The notes under the pieces: generated by a model
What the model was told of the DNA's origin: nothing
Databases searched by the model: none
What the model saw: only the letters and a program-made list of their open reading frames with translations
Shown: one piece after another, positions 16,172 through 25,130 of the stretch
Layout: every line of letters begins with the position of its first letter
How positions within the stretch are numbered: the first letter of the stretch is position 1
Position numbers and translations under genes: made by a program
Source of the DNA: Breznakia sp. PF5-3
GTDB taxonomy: Bacteria; Bacillota_I; Bacilli_A; Erysipelotrichales; Erysipelotrichaceae
Assembly (NCBI RefSeq): GCF_029504745.1
Contig: NZ_JAQFIQ010000025.1
Location: 3,932 to 35,931, forward strand
Length of the DNA stretch: 32,000 bases
Reading direction: 5' to 3'

Positions 16172-16942
16172 ATGTTAGTAGTTGTAGATATAGGGAATAC
16201 AAATATTACGATTGGATTGTTCAGGGGCGATGATCTCATCGCAAACTATCGTTTGACCACACTTGCTAAGCGTACAAGCGACGAGTATGGATTTTTGATT
16301 ACCAGCTTTTTAAATAATGAGCACATTAAACCAAGTGATGTTCAGGATGTAATCATTGCAAGTGTCGTTCCAAAAATTATGTACTCTTTTAATAATTCAA
16401 TTCGAAAGTATTTTAAAAAAGAACCAATCATTGTTGGTCCAGGAATTAAGACTGGTATTTCAATTAGGATTGATAATCCACGTGATTTAGGTGCTGATCG
16501 TTTAGTTGATGCAGTGGCCGCTTACTATATCCACAAGGGGAATGTCCTAGTTATTGATTTTGGTACAGCTACAACATTTGATTATATCAATGAAAAAGGA
16601 GAGTTTGTTGGTGGAGTAACAAGTCCTGGAATTGAAATTGGAGCACAAGCAATGGCTGCAAAAGCAGCGAAGCTTCCAGAGATTGAAATCAAGGCAAGTC
16701 CAGGAGTGCTAGCTACCAATACAATCGATAGTATGCAAGCTGGTGTATATTTTGGTTACATTGGCCATACGGAATATATTATAAAAAAATTTAAAGAAAC
16801 AGTTTCTAGTGATTTAAAAGTTGTTGCTACCGGTGGGCTAGGTAGAATTATTGCAGAAAATACAGAGATGATTGACGTGTATGATCAGGATCTGACATTT
16901 AAAGGATTAAAGATGATTTATGATCGAACAAAAAAAGGTTAA
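16172..16942 (+). CDS. coaX: Type III pantothenate kinase
   Basis: MLVVVDIGNTNITIGLF, DFGTATTFD and VVATGG motifs of the CoaX/ASKHA fold. Confidence 0.9.
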   Translation: MLVVVDIGNTNITIGLFRGDDLIANYRLTTLAKRTSDEYGFLITSFLNNEHIKPSDVQDVIIASVVPKIMYSFNNSIRKYFKKEPIIVGPGIKTGISIRIDNPRDLGADRLVDAVAAYYIHKGNVLVIDFGTATTFDYINEKGEFVGGVTSPGIEIGAQAMAAKAAKLPEIEIKASPGVLATNTIDSMQAGVYFGYIGHTEYIIKKFKETVSSDLKVVATGGLGRIIAENTEMIDVYDQDLTFKGLKMIYDRTKKG

Positions 16943-17636
16943 TCATTTACATAGTTCCCGTACCGATTTAGAAAAACGGGGATATATTGAACATTACGAC
17001 ACTAGTGGTACTTCAAAAGCTTTAAAACCAAATTTAGAATTATTACACGACAAAACTGCAGTAAACCGCTCACTTGGCGCAAAAATGCTCGTGTATCGTT
17101 TATACAAACACGAAGTTATTGAAGCTTTACTTTTACAACTAGACCGTGAAAAAGCACTCTATACGCGCTTAGAAATTTGCAATACACTATCTCATGGAGA
17201 TGCAAATTGTGCAAAATTAATGATTAAATATCTAGGGAAAATAGGAAAAAACCAATATCATTGTCTACCAAAGAAGATATCAAAGAAAAAAAGTTTTCCT
17301 TTACCTCGTGATATTATAGCCCGTACACTAGGCAGGATGGATAAGACAACAACGCGAATACTGTTGAATGCACTCCCTACCTGCTCTATCACACAAGCAC
17401 GCGAGTTAATCGATGCTATCGGGTACCAATATTTCCACCAAAAAACAAATAAACGACAAATTTTTAATAAATTATATTCATATTACCAAGATTGTGATGA
17501 TGACATCATTCGTTGGAAAATCATCTGTGTCTTTGGTTGGCTAAAACCTTACAGTACAGATATTTTACAATCTATTCCAGATACTGAAGGTATCTTATAT
17601 GAAGAAGCACAAAAAGGCTTACAAAGTAAAAACTAG
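16920..17636 (+). CDS. Hypothetical alpha-helical repeat (HEAT-like) protein
   Basis: 238-aa ORF whose only ATG overlaps the coaX 3' end by 23 nt. It shows a repeated helical pattern (VIEALLLQLD..., IIARTLGRMD..., ARELIDAIGY). The RBS is weak. Confidence 0.5.
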   Translation: MIEQKKVNHLHSSRTDLEKRGYIEHYDTSGTSKALKPNLELLHDKTAVNRSLGAKMLVYRLYKHEVIEALLLQLDREKALYTRLEICNTLSHGDANCAKLMIKYLGKIGKNQYHCLPKKISKKKSFPLPRDIIARTLGRMDKTTTRILLNALPTCSITQARELIDAIGYQYFHQKTNKRQIFNKLYSYYQDCDDDIIRWKIICVFGWLKPYSTDILQSIPDTEGILYEEAQKGLQSKN

Positions 17637-17644
17637 GTTAATTA

Positions 17645-18265
17645 TGAAGTGCACCCCGTTATTTGGACAACCAAGTAATGGAGGTGCATTTTATTATGGT
17701 AAAGTTAACAAGGGATCAAAAAACAAGCATTTATGAAGAACGAAAAAATGGAGCACAGATGTTTCAGAATTTCATATCGCAGCAGGAAAACTTTATTTAT
17801 CCCCCATTTTAGATATGCATAATCGAGAGATTGTATCCTATAACATATCTAATAGTCCAAATTTTAAACAAACGCAAGAAATGCTTGATAAGGCCTTTTC
17901 TAAGTATGAAAAGCTTGATGGTTTATTATTTCAATCGGATCAAGGTTGGCAATATCAAATGTATCAGTATCATAAAGCATTGGCAGATAGAGAAATCATT
18001 CAATCAATGTCGCGTAAAGGGAATTGTCTGGATAATTCACCAATGGAAAATTTCTTTGGAGTAATGAAAAGAGAAATGTTTCATGGACATGAGTTTGAGT
18101 TTAATACATTAGAAGAATTAGAAGTCGCAATGGAAGAGTATATTGATTATTATAATAATCAAAGAATAATAACAAAATTAAAAGGATTAACTCCTGTGCA
18201 ACACAGAAATCAATCCTTAATGATTTAATCGTTAATACAGTGTCCAACTAATTGGGTTCACTTCA
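17645..18265 (+). mobile_element. Internally deleted, non-autonomous IS3-family element (621 bp) retaining both inverted repeats and a 3-bp target duplication
   Basis: The left end TGAAGTGCACCCCGTTATTTGGACA matches the reverse complement of the right end, TGAAGTGAACCCAATTAGTTGGACA, at 21 of 25 positions. TTA flanks it at 17642-17644 and 18266-18268. It carries only about 20 codons of the OrfA N-terminus (from ATG 17696) joined to the OrfB C-terminal half. Confidence 0.8.
17759..18228 (+). pseudogene. Truncated IS3-family transposase OrfB fragment
   Basis: The frame reads TDVSEFHIAAGKLYLSPILDMHNREIVSY...FQSDQGWQY...CLDNSPMENFFGVMKRE. All three DDE residue contexts are present, but the OrfB N-terminal region, most of OrfA and the frameshift window are missing. 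Confidence 0.8.
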
Positions 18266-18291
18266 TTATATAATTATATATTACCTAGTTT

Positions 18292-19143
18292 TTATTTTAC
18301 AAATTCCTTTATCGTATCTAAGCGATCCATTGTATCTTTATATCCTAATTCGAACCATCCCTTTAATTTTTCTTGATCTTGCGTATAACGAGTAATTCCA
18401 TGATCTTCACTAGGACGTAACACCAATGCTTTACCCTCTTTTTCTAATTCAAGTACCTTATTCCATTGTTTTTCATAATTTAGATGACGTTTTTTTAAAC
18501 CTTCTGCAACATATGGAAATTTACGATACTTCCATTTTGCCAATAAAATCTGCCATCCTGGCGCAGGTTTGCGAACATACCCTTCTTCTTTAGTAGAAAT
18601 GAAAATATGTTTTTCATTTCCAGCACGAATGCTTTGCTCAATTGAAATCATATCAATTAACCCCGCATCCATGTACAATCCATTATTATATTTATAAGGT
18701 TTCGTTAATAACAACAAAGCACAACTTGCTTTTACAAGGGTTTGATTATGGTCAAGGTGTGTTTTATCATAATACTCTACTTTTCCAGTTGCGAAATTAT
18801 ATACACCAATGTCTAGCTTTGTACTACTTTTATAAAACGTATCAAAATCAAGTGGTGCACGTGATTCTAAAAAACGAAAAGTAGCTTCAATTCCAAAAAG
18901 TCCCCCTTCTTTAAAGAGTGGTCTCCATCCCACGGCATCCTTTTGGGCACCAGCTTCAATTCCTGTAACTGCTAAACGCTCTGGTTGACGAGAAACATAG
19001 GGAAGTAAATTTTCAGCACCAGCACTAATTCCTACACTATAAGGTAAATATATTTCTTGATCAAGAAATGCTTTTAATACACCACTTGTATATGCTGCCT
19101 TTGTTCCCCCACCTTCACATATCAATCCTACTTTTTGATTCAT
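18292..19143 (-). CDS. Patatin-like phospholipase
   Basis: Oxyanion motif CEGGGTKAAY, nucleophile GISAG (GxSxG), catalytic Asp in MDAGLID. I chose the start at 19143 (MNQKVGL...) because AGGAGGC lies 7 nt upstream; that RBS sits inside the cls 3' end. Confidence 0.85.
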   Translation of the reverse strand: MNQKVGLICEGGGTKAAYTSGVLKAFLDQEIYLPYSVGISAGAENLLPYVSRQPERLAVTGIEAGAQKDAVGWRPLFKEGGLFGIEATFRFLESRAPLDFDTFYKSSTKLDIGVYNFATGKVEYYDKTHLDHNQTLVKASCALLLLTKPYKYNNGLYMDAGLIDMISIEQSIRAGNEKHIFISTKEEGYVRKPAPGWQILLAKWKYRKFPYVAEGLKKRHLNYEKQWNKVLELEKEGKALVLRPSEDHGITRYTQDQEKLKGWFELGYKDTMDRLDTIKEFVK

Positions 19144-19159
19144 TCTATAAGCCTCCTGT

Positions 19160-20695
19160 TTACATAAGTGGTGCAAGAATATTTAACAATGCCCTTACAA
19201 TACGAATTGGTAATCGCACTTTCTTGCACATTTCATACGTTATTTCTTTACTAACCTTTAAAGTTTGTAAATAATCTTCTTTAATATCTTTGATTGCTTT
19301 ACTTCGATACATCCAAACACCACATTCATAATGTAAATAGTAAGAGCGGAAATCCATGTTTGTTGTTCCTACAATCGCATATTTATCATCTGCTACAAAG
19401 TTCTTTGCATGAATAAAACCTGGAGTATATTCATATATCTTAACCCCATTCTTGGTTAAATCTTCATAGTTATACCTTGTCAATTGAAAGACATACCATT
19501 TATCTGGAATATGTGGTACTAAAATTCGCACATCAACACCATTCTTTGCTGCAAGGATTAAACTTGTTTTCATCTCTTCATCAATAACTAGATAAGGCGT
19601 TGTAATATACACATAATCATCCGCATTGTTAATCATGTTGATGTGTGTATATTCTCCTACTTTTTGATCATCTGTTGGTGTATCAGAAAAGGGTTGCACT
19701 AAACCATCATCAGGATAATCTTTGAAGTAATCAGGATCTACTCGATAGTTTGCATATACATCTTTATCTTCTTCATCAAAATTCCAAAACTGAAGAAACA
19801 TCAGTGTAAAACTCCAAACTGCCTCTCCTTCTAGCATGATTCCCCCATCTTTCCAATGACCAAAACGTTCAATTCGATTGATGTATTCATCTGCTAAGTT
19901 TACTCCTCCAGACATTCCTACTTTACCATCTACAATAAAGATTTTACGATGATCACGATTGTTCATCTGTACTGCTAATCTCGCATGAATTGGATTAAAT
20001 ACTTTAGTCTTGATTCCTTTGGCATTTAATAAGCGATCATAATAATTGGGAAGCTTAGATGCACAACCAAAATCATCATACATAAGGCGTACATCAACAC
20101 CTTCTTTTACTTTTCGCTCTAAAATTTCTAAAATCGTGTTCCACATGTATCCTTCATCAATGATAAAATACTCTAAGAAAATAAAATCTTTTGCTTCATT
20201 GAGCTTATCAATCATAGCTGCAAAATTATCTTCCCCAGTTGCAAAGAAAGTCGTTTTGGTTTTCCCATAAGGAGGAAAAGCACTTGCATTCCAAATATAA
20301 TTAATTTGCTTATAAGCACCAGAATCATTGCTTGCTAAATCAGCATAATAATTTTGATTCACTTCAATATATTGAAGCATTTCTTCATGTAAATCATGAT
20401 CACGAACTCTGAGTGCTTTGGGAACTTGTTTCGCTCCAAAGATAAGATATAATAACCAACCAAAAATTGGTACCCCAATAATTACAACTGCCCATGACAA
20501 TTTATAAGAAGGGTTATCACTACGATTTATAACATAAATACCAACAATTAAAGAAAGGATATTAAAAAACATATATGCATTGATTGAAAACATACTTAAA
20601 ACATAAACTCCTAATAGCATGATTGCCAATTGCGCCATAATTAAGAAGCCTACAATAACTAATTTATTTGTTAAAAGTCGTAGCAATCGCTTCAT
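19160..20695 (-). CDS. cls: Cardiolipin synthase (ClsA type)
   Basis: Two N-terminal TM helices and two HKD motifs (HRKIFIVDGKVGMSGGVNLADEY and HAKNFVADDKYAIVGTTNMDFRS). GGGAGG RBS. Confidence 0.92.
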   Translation of the reverse strand: MKRLLRLLTNKLVIVGFLIMAQLAIMLLGVYVLSMFSINAYMFFNILSLIVGIYVINRSDNPSYKLSWAVVIIGVPIFGWLLYLIFGAKQVPKALRVRDHDLHEEMLQYIEVNQNYYADLASNDSGAYKQINYIWNASAFPPYGKTKTTFFATGEDNFAAMIDKLNEAKDFIFLEYFIIDEGYMWNTILEILERKVKEGVDVRLMYDDFGCASKLPNYYDRLLNAKGIKTKVFNPIHARLAVQMNNRDHRKIFIVDGKVGMSGGVNLADEYINRIERFGHWKDGGIMLEGEAVWSFTLMFLQFWNFDEEDKDVYANYRVDPDYFKDYPDDGLVQPFSDTPTDDQKVGEYTHINMINNADDYVYITTPYLVIDEEMKTSLILAAKNGVDVRILVPHIPDKWYVFQLTRYNYEDLTKNGVKIYEYTPGFIHAKNFVADDKYAIVGTTNMDFRSYYLHYECGVWMYRSKAIKDIKEDYLQTLKVSKEITYEMCKKVRLPIRIVRALLNILAPLM

Positions 20696-20712
20696 ATATC
20701 CTCCCTAATGTT

Positions 20713-21666
20713 TTATTTCTTTTTCTTCATATAATCAATTAGTATATCATATATAGTATCAATTACAAACTCCTCTATATGTTCATCTTTTGGTGTTCCC
20801 ACATCACTTACCATAAAATAATCCTTTTCATAAGTACCACTACTAATCATCATCGCCCGTGGAAAGCCTTCAATAACTGTATTGTTTTTATCATTATCAT
20901 TTATATGACGTGTTTTTAAACTTGTTTCACCTTTATAAGTCTTTGTAAGTTCTTTTCCAATTGATTTTGTATTACGATCACAAAATAACTCAATTGTATT
21001 TCCAGAACCTATACAATATAAAGAAATTAAACTTAAATTCAATTTATTATGCTCTTGAAGATATTTTGTTATTTGGGGATTCCCTAATGCAGTTGATGGT
21101 TTGTTACCATCACTAAAAATAAACATAACTTCTTTTCTACGGTTTTCTGGAAGGTTTTCAGCCAACTGTACAGCAAGTGCAATGGCACTACTATTATTAA
21201 CATAATTATGCTTATTTCCAAACCCATGCAAAATAAACCAAATCAATACTCCCAAATACAAAAAACAAAGGGGATAAAAAATATTTAATACATCTTTGCT
21301 TATAAAAGATGGAAAAAGATATACAAATGCTAATAAAAAACCATATCCTATAAACATTGGTAAATATGTAGGTAAAAATAATTTACGCATATTAAAATAT
21401 CCATCATGTGGATATATTTTATTTTTAAACCAAAGTACCCTTGCAGGTGTATTATAAGGAATCACATAAGCATACTTTGCCTGCTTTGGTTGTCCAATGT
21501 AAATATTCTCTAATTTAGAAAACTTTGAGCGTTCTGAAGTTATCTCACTCTTATATCCTAAGGCATGAAATTCATCTGTAATTGCTGTTTGAAATTGTTG
21601 TTTTTCTTTTTTTGAAAATCGTTTTCCAAATGTATTCAAATACTTCTCTTTAAGTTTGTTGTCCAT
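20713..21666 (-). CDS. Hypothetical membrane protein (soluble N- and C-terminal parts interrupted by a hydrophobic TM block at about residues 95-150)
   Basis: 317-aa ORF, 17 nt upstream of cls on the same strand. By eye, NNSSAIALAVQLAENL...VMFIFSDGNKPSTALG resembles the DNASG...F.GEE.GL.GS core of M28 metallopeptidases, but with the metal ligands substituted. This is speculative. Confidence 0.5.
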   Translation of the reverse strand: MDNKLKEKYLNTFGKRFSKKEKQQFQTAITDEFHALGYKSEITSERSKFSKLENIYIGQPKQAKYAYVIPYNTPARVLWFKNKIYPHDGYFNMRKLFLPTYLPMFIGYGFLLAFVYLFPSFISKDVLNIFYPLCFLYLGVLIWFILHGFGNKHNYVNNSSAIALAVQLAENLPENRRKEVMFIFSDGNKPSTALGNPQITKYLQEHNKLNLSLISLYCIGSGNTIELFCDRNTKSIGKELTKTYKGETSLKTRHINDNDKNNTVIEGFPRAMMISSGTYEKDYFMVSDVGTPKDEHIEEFVIDTIYDILIDYMKKKK

Positions 21667-21782
21667 AAAAATACCTCAATGTAACTATTATACAATAAAT
21701 AACTAAAATTAAAAATATTCACCACTGTTATGAAATAAATGTTGCACTAATTTTCATTAAATGTAATTTTTTACATTTTTTG

Positions 21783-21811
21783 TTGACATGTTGTTTCATT
21801 AGTCGTATTAT
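21783..21811 (+). promoter_or_regulatory. Sigma-A promoter of the arginine operon leader
   Basis: TTGACA (21783-21788), a 17-nt spacer, TATTAT (21806-21811). Confidence 0.65.
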
Positions 21812-21825
21812 ATAACCAATACAAA

Positions 21826-22052
21826 AAACGTTGACTAGGAGAGTATACTTATTATTTGTATCCAGCGAGATGTTACAGAGTGGAAGTACATCATATAAAT
21901 ATAAGTAGAAACGCACCTACGAGTTCTTGTGGGAATTTAGTATCACAAGACGCATCATCTGCGTTACAGATAGAGTGGCTATTTTTAGCAACTAGAGTGG
22001 TACCACGTGTGGATAACAAGCGTCTCTGGATATTTCCAGATGACGCTTTTTT
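21826..22052 (+). promoter_or_regulatory. T-box riboswitch leader, specifier CGC (tRNA-Arg)
   Basis: - Stem I: AGAGTA on the 5' side of the specifier loop, helix TACTTAT/ATAAGTA (21845-21851 / 21901-21907), AG bulge AGCGAGA, distal loop AGAGTGGAA.
- The 3' side of the specifier loop reads GAAA-CGC-A, with CGC at 21912-21914.
- T-box core AGAGTGGTACCACG (21994-22007). Its UGGU bulge would pair with an A73-CCA end.
- Terminator GCGTC.CTGGA TATT TCCAG..GACGC plus TTTTTT (22019-22052). Confidence 0.85.
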
Positions 22053-22091
22053 ATATCTTGTCAACCAAAAGGTAAAAAAGGAGAACTACTT

Positions 22092-23309
22092 ATGAAAAAA
22101 GAAATAAAAAAGATTGTACTAGCTTATTCTGGTGGATTGGATACATCAGTGATGATCCAATGGTTAAAAGAAAATTATGATAATCCTGAAATCATTGCTG
22201 TTTCTGGCGATGTTGGGCAAGCGGATGAATTGGAAGGATTAGAAGAAAAAGCACTAAAGACAGGTGCTAGCAAATTCTATGCTTTGGATTTAAAAGATGA
22301 ATTTGTGGAAGACTTTATCTTCCCTTGTTTAAAAGCAAATGCTGTATACGAAAACGTATATTTATTAGGAACTGCTTTTGCTCGTCCACTTATTGGAAAA
22401 GGATTGGTTGATGTTGCACTTAAAGAAGGTGCCGATGCAATCTGTCATGGATGTACAGGAAAAGGAAATGATCAAGTACGTTTCGAATTAGCAATCAAAG
22501 CCTTTGCTCCTGAAATGGAAATCATTGCCCCTTGGAGAACTTGGGAATTAAAATCAAGAGAAGATGAAATTGCATATGCTGAGAAACACAATATTCCATT
22601 AAAAATAAACAGAGAAACAAACTATTCTAAAGATAAAAATATTTGGCATTTATCGCATGAAGGGTTGGATTTGGAAGACCCAATGAACGAACCGAAATAT
22701 GATCAAATCTTAGAAATGGGAGTTACTCCAGAAAAAGCACCTGATGTTCCTACGTATATTACGATAGAGTTTGAAAAAGGAATCCCTGTTGCTTTAGATG
22801 GAAAAAAGATGAAAGCACAAGAATTGTTACTTGCTTTAAATAAAGTTGGTGGTGAAAACGGTGTTGGTATCATCGATATGGTAGAAAATCGGTTAGTTGG
22901 TATGAAATCAAGAGGGGTTTATGAAACACCTGGAGGAACGATTCTTTATAAAGCACACGAACTATTAGAAAGCATTACACTTGATAAAGAAACACAGCAC
23001 TACAAGCAACAAATAGCAATCAAGTTTGGTGAAATCTTATACAATGGATTGTGGTTTACACCATTAAGAGAAGCATTGAGTGCTTTTGTAGATAAAACTA
23101 GCGAAACGGTAAATGGAAGTGTCAAACTAAAGTTATATAAAGGAAATATCACAAGTGCAGGAATCTCTAGTCCTGATACCTTGTATTCAGAACAAATTGC
23201 ATCTTTTGGTGAAGATGATTCCTACGATCAAAATGATTCAGCAGGATTTATTAATTTATTTGGTTTACCAATCAAGGTAAAAGCCATGATGGACGCAAAA
23301 AAGAAATAA
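22092..23309 (+). CDS. argG: Argininosuccinate synthase
   Basis: [17 protein letters not shown]-binding motif and full-length conservation ([13 protein letters not shown]). AAGGAG RBS. Confidence 0.95.
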   Translation: MKKEIKKIVLAYSGGLDTSVMIQWLKENYDNPEIIAVSGDVGQADELEGLEEKALKTGASKFYALDLKDEFVEDFIFPCLKANAVYENVYLLGTAFARPLIGKGLVDVALKEGADAICHGCTGKGNDQVRFELAIKAFAPEMEIIAPWRTWELKSREDEIAYAEKHNIPLKINRETNYSKDKNIWHLSHEGLDLEDPMNEPKYDQILEMGVTPEKAPDVPTYITIEFEKGIPVALDGKKMKAQELLLALNKVGGENGVGIIDMVENRLVGMKSRGVYETPGGTILYKAHELLESITLDKETQHYKQQIAIKFGEILYNGLWFTPLREALSAFVDKTSETVNGSVKLKLYKGNITSAGISSPDTLYSEQIASFGEDDSYDQNDSAGFINLFGLPIKVKAMMDAKKK

Positions 23310-23310
23310 C

Positions 23311-23739
23311 ATGATTCGTTTAGCAACAATTGAAGATTATTCACAAATGTTTGCATTATGGAAAAATACCATCGGTATGGGAATACGTTCACTTGATGAT
23401 TCTAAAGCAGGAATCCAAAAGTTCATGAAACGCAATCCAAAGACAAACTTTGTGGCTGTAGAAGATGGAACTATCATTGGTACTATCTTATGTGGACACG
23501 ATGGACGACGTGCTTATATCTACCACATGGTAATAAAAGAAGCATATCGTCAACAAGGAATTGCTAAACAATTGGTCGATCAAGTAATTGATGCATTACA
23601 AAAAGAAGATATCTACAAAGTAGCTTTAGTCACATATAAAACAAACAAACTTGGAAATGCCTTTTGGGAAACCATCGGCTTTCAAAAAAGAGAAGACTTA
23701 AATTATCGAAACTTATCACTAAATATAGAAAATGTATAA
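23311..23739 (+). CDS. GNAT-family N-acetyltransferase, single domain (142 aa)
   Basis: Acetyl-CoA-binding motif YRQQGIAKQLV (R/Q-x-x-G-x-G/A) preceded by GHDGRRAYIYHMVI. The ATG lies 1 nt after the argG stop and has no obvious SD, suggesting termination-reinitiation coupling. Confidence 0.8.
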   Translation: MIRLATIEDYSQMFALWKNTIGMGIRSLDDSKAGIQKFMKRNPKTNFVAVEDGTIIGTILCGHDGRRAYIYHMVIKEAYRQQGIAKQLVDQVIDALQKEDIYKVALVTYKTNKLGNAFWETIGFQKREDLNYRNLSLNIENV

Positions 23740-23752
23740 AAAGGAGAAGCTT

Positions 23753-25129
23753 ATGAAATTATGGGGTGCAAGATTTACAAAAGAAAGCAATCAAAAATTA
23801 AATGACTTTAATTCCTCTATTGGAATTGATTCTTTGATGTATAAACAAGATATCAAAGGTAGTATTGCACATGTTACGATGCTGAAAAAACAATCGATTA
23901 TCCCTGCTGTGGATGCAGATTTAATTGTTAAAACATTAAAGCAAATCGAAGAGGATATCGATAATCATACTTTAGACATTGATATGGAAGCTGAAGATAT
24001 CCATATGTTTATCGAACAAGAATTAACAAATCGCATTGGTGATGCTGGCAAAAAACTTCATACTGCACGTAGTCGTAATGATCAAGTAGCCTTGGATTTC
24101 AGAATGTACAGCATTGATAAAAGCCAAGAAATCATATCTTTATTGAATCAATTGATTGAGACCCTATGTCATAAAGCAGAACTTAATTTAGATGCAATTA
24201 TGCCTGGATACACGCACTTACAAAGAGCACAGCCAATTACTTTTGCTCATCATCTAATGGCATATGTTGAAATGTTCAAACGGGATAGTGAAAGAATTAA
24301 GCAATCTGTGGAAAGAACAAAAGTATCTCCACTTGGTTGTGGAGCCCTTGCTACCACAACATATCCAATCGATCGTGAACTAACAAAAGAATTGCTTGGT
24401 TTCAACGAAGTCGCTTTAAACAGTTTGGATGGTGTAAGTGATCGTGATTTCGCCATTGAATTAGCAAGCAATATTTCAATTGCTATGATGCATCTTTCTA
24501 GATTTAGTGAAGAAATTGTCTTATGGAGTTCATGGGAGTTTAAATTCATTGAACTTGATGATGCATTCGCTACAGGTTCAAGCATCATGCCTCAGAAAAA
24601 AAATCCCGATATCTGTGAATTGATAAGAGGAAAAACAGGCAGAACATATGGTAATTTAAATAATTTACTTACGATGATGAAAGGACTATCCCTTGCATAT
24701 AATAAAGATATGCAAGAGGATAAAGAAGCCCTTTTTGATAGCATTGAAACAATCATCGTATGTTTAGAAACGATTATCCCTATGATTGATACATGTAATG
24801 TCTTAAAGGATAATATGCGCTCTGCTGCTGCTAAAGGATTTATTAATGCAACTGATTGTGCAGATTACCTTACCAAAAAAGGAATGCCATTTAGAGATGC
24901 ATATGGAGTAATTGGAAAACTTGTAAACTATGCAATTACCAACGATAAAGTATTAGAGTCTTTAACTTTAGAAGAATATCAAGAAGCAAGTAATTTATTT
25001 GAAGAAGATATTTATAAAGCAATTGCTTTAGATACTTGTGTAAATAATAGAAGTGTTGTTGGAGGTCCAGCCCCACAAACAGTAAAACAACATATTGATT
25101 TTGTATTACAAAAACTTAAGGAGGAGTAA
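23753..25129 (+). CDS. argH: Argininosuccinate lyase
   Basis: MKLWGARF... N-terminus, the signature GSSIMPQKKNPD, and AAAGGAGA RBS. The ORF-track start at 23732 overlaps the GNAT gene and lacks an RBS. Confidence 0.95.
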   Translation: MKLWGARFTKESNQKLNDFNSSIGIDSLMYKQDIKGSIAHVTMLKKQSIIPAVDADLIVKTLKQIEEDIDNHTLDIDMEAEDIHMFIEQELTNRIGDAGKKLHTARSRNDQVALDFRMYSIDKSQEIISLLNQLIETLCHKAELNLDAIMPGYTHLQRAQPITFAHHLMAYVEMFKRDSERIKQSVERTKVSPLGCGALATTTYPIDRELTKELLGFNEVALNSLDGVSDRDFAIELASNISIAMMHLSRFSEEIVLWSSWEFKFIELDDAFATGSSIMPQKKNPDICELIRGKTGRTYGNLNNLLTMMKGLSLAYNKDMQEDKEALFDSIETIIVCLETIIPMIDTCNVLKDNMRSAAAKGFINATDCADYLTKKGMPFRDAYGVIGKLVNYAITNDKVLESLTLEEYQEASNLFEEDIYKAIALDTCVNNRSVVGGPAPQTVKQHIDFVLQKLKEE

Positions 25130-25130
25130 G

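Larger units (their letters stand above)
17628..18293. terminator. Ancestral bidirectional terminator split by the IS remnant
   Basis: AAAAACTAGGT (17628-17638) is the exact reverse complement of ACCTAGTTTTT (18283-18293). Removing 17645-18265 plus one TTA leaves an 11-bp stem with an AT-only loop of about 20 nt between the convergent stop codons (17634-17636 and 18292-18294). Confidence 0.5.

Noticed and set aside
12664-18265. Composite transposon carrying panT-coaBC-coaX between the two IS elements
   Set aside because: The two elements have unrelated inverted repeats and clearly different transposase sequences. Each has its own matching 3-bp target duplication (GGA and TTA), which indicates independent simple insertions.
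18292-19143. Patatin-like phospholipase as an anti-phage effector (CBASS-type or similar)
   Set aside because: No cyclase, sensor, NTPase or other defence partner is nearby. The gene is translationally linked to cardiolipin synthase, so a housekeeping lipid-remodelling role is more parsimonious.
21725-21760. ARG-box (ArgR/AhrC operator) upstream of the arginine operon promoter, for example TGCACTAATTTTCA
   Set aside because: It matches only about 9 of 14 positions of the TGAATAATTATTCA-type consensus, in very AT-rich DNA, and there is no second adjacent box. It is not distinguishable from chance.
21856-22095. 79-aa ORF upstream of argG, and the 62-aa minus-strand ORF at 21728-21916
   Set aside because: Both lie entirely within the promoter and T-box leader RNA structure, have no RBS, and have odd composition. 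The region is explained by the riboswitch.
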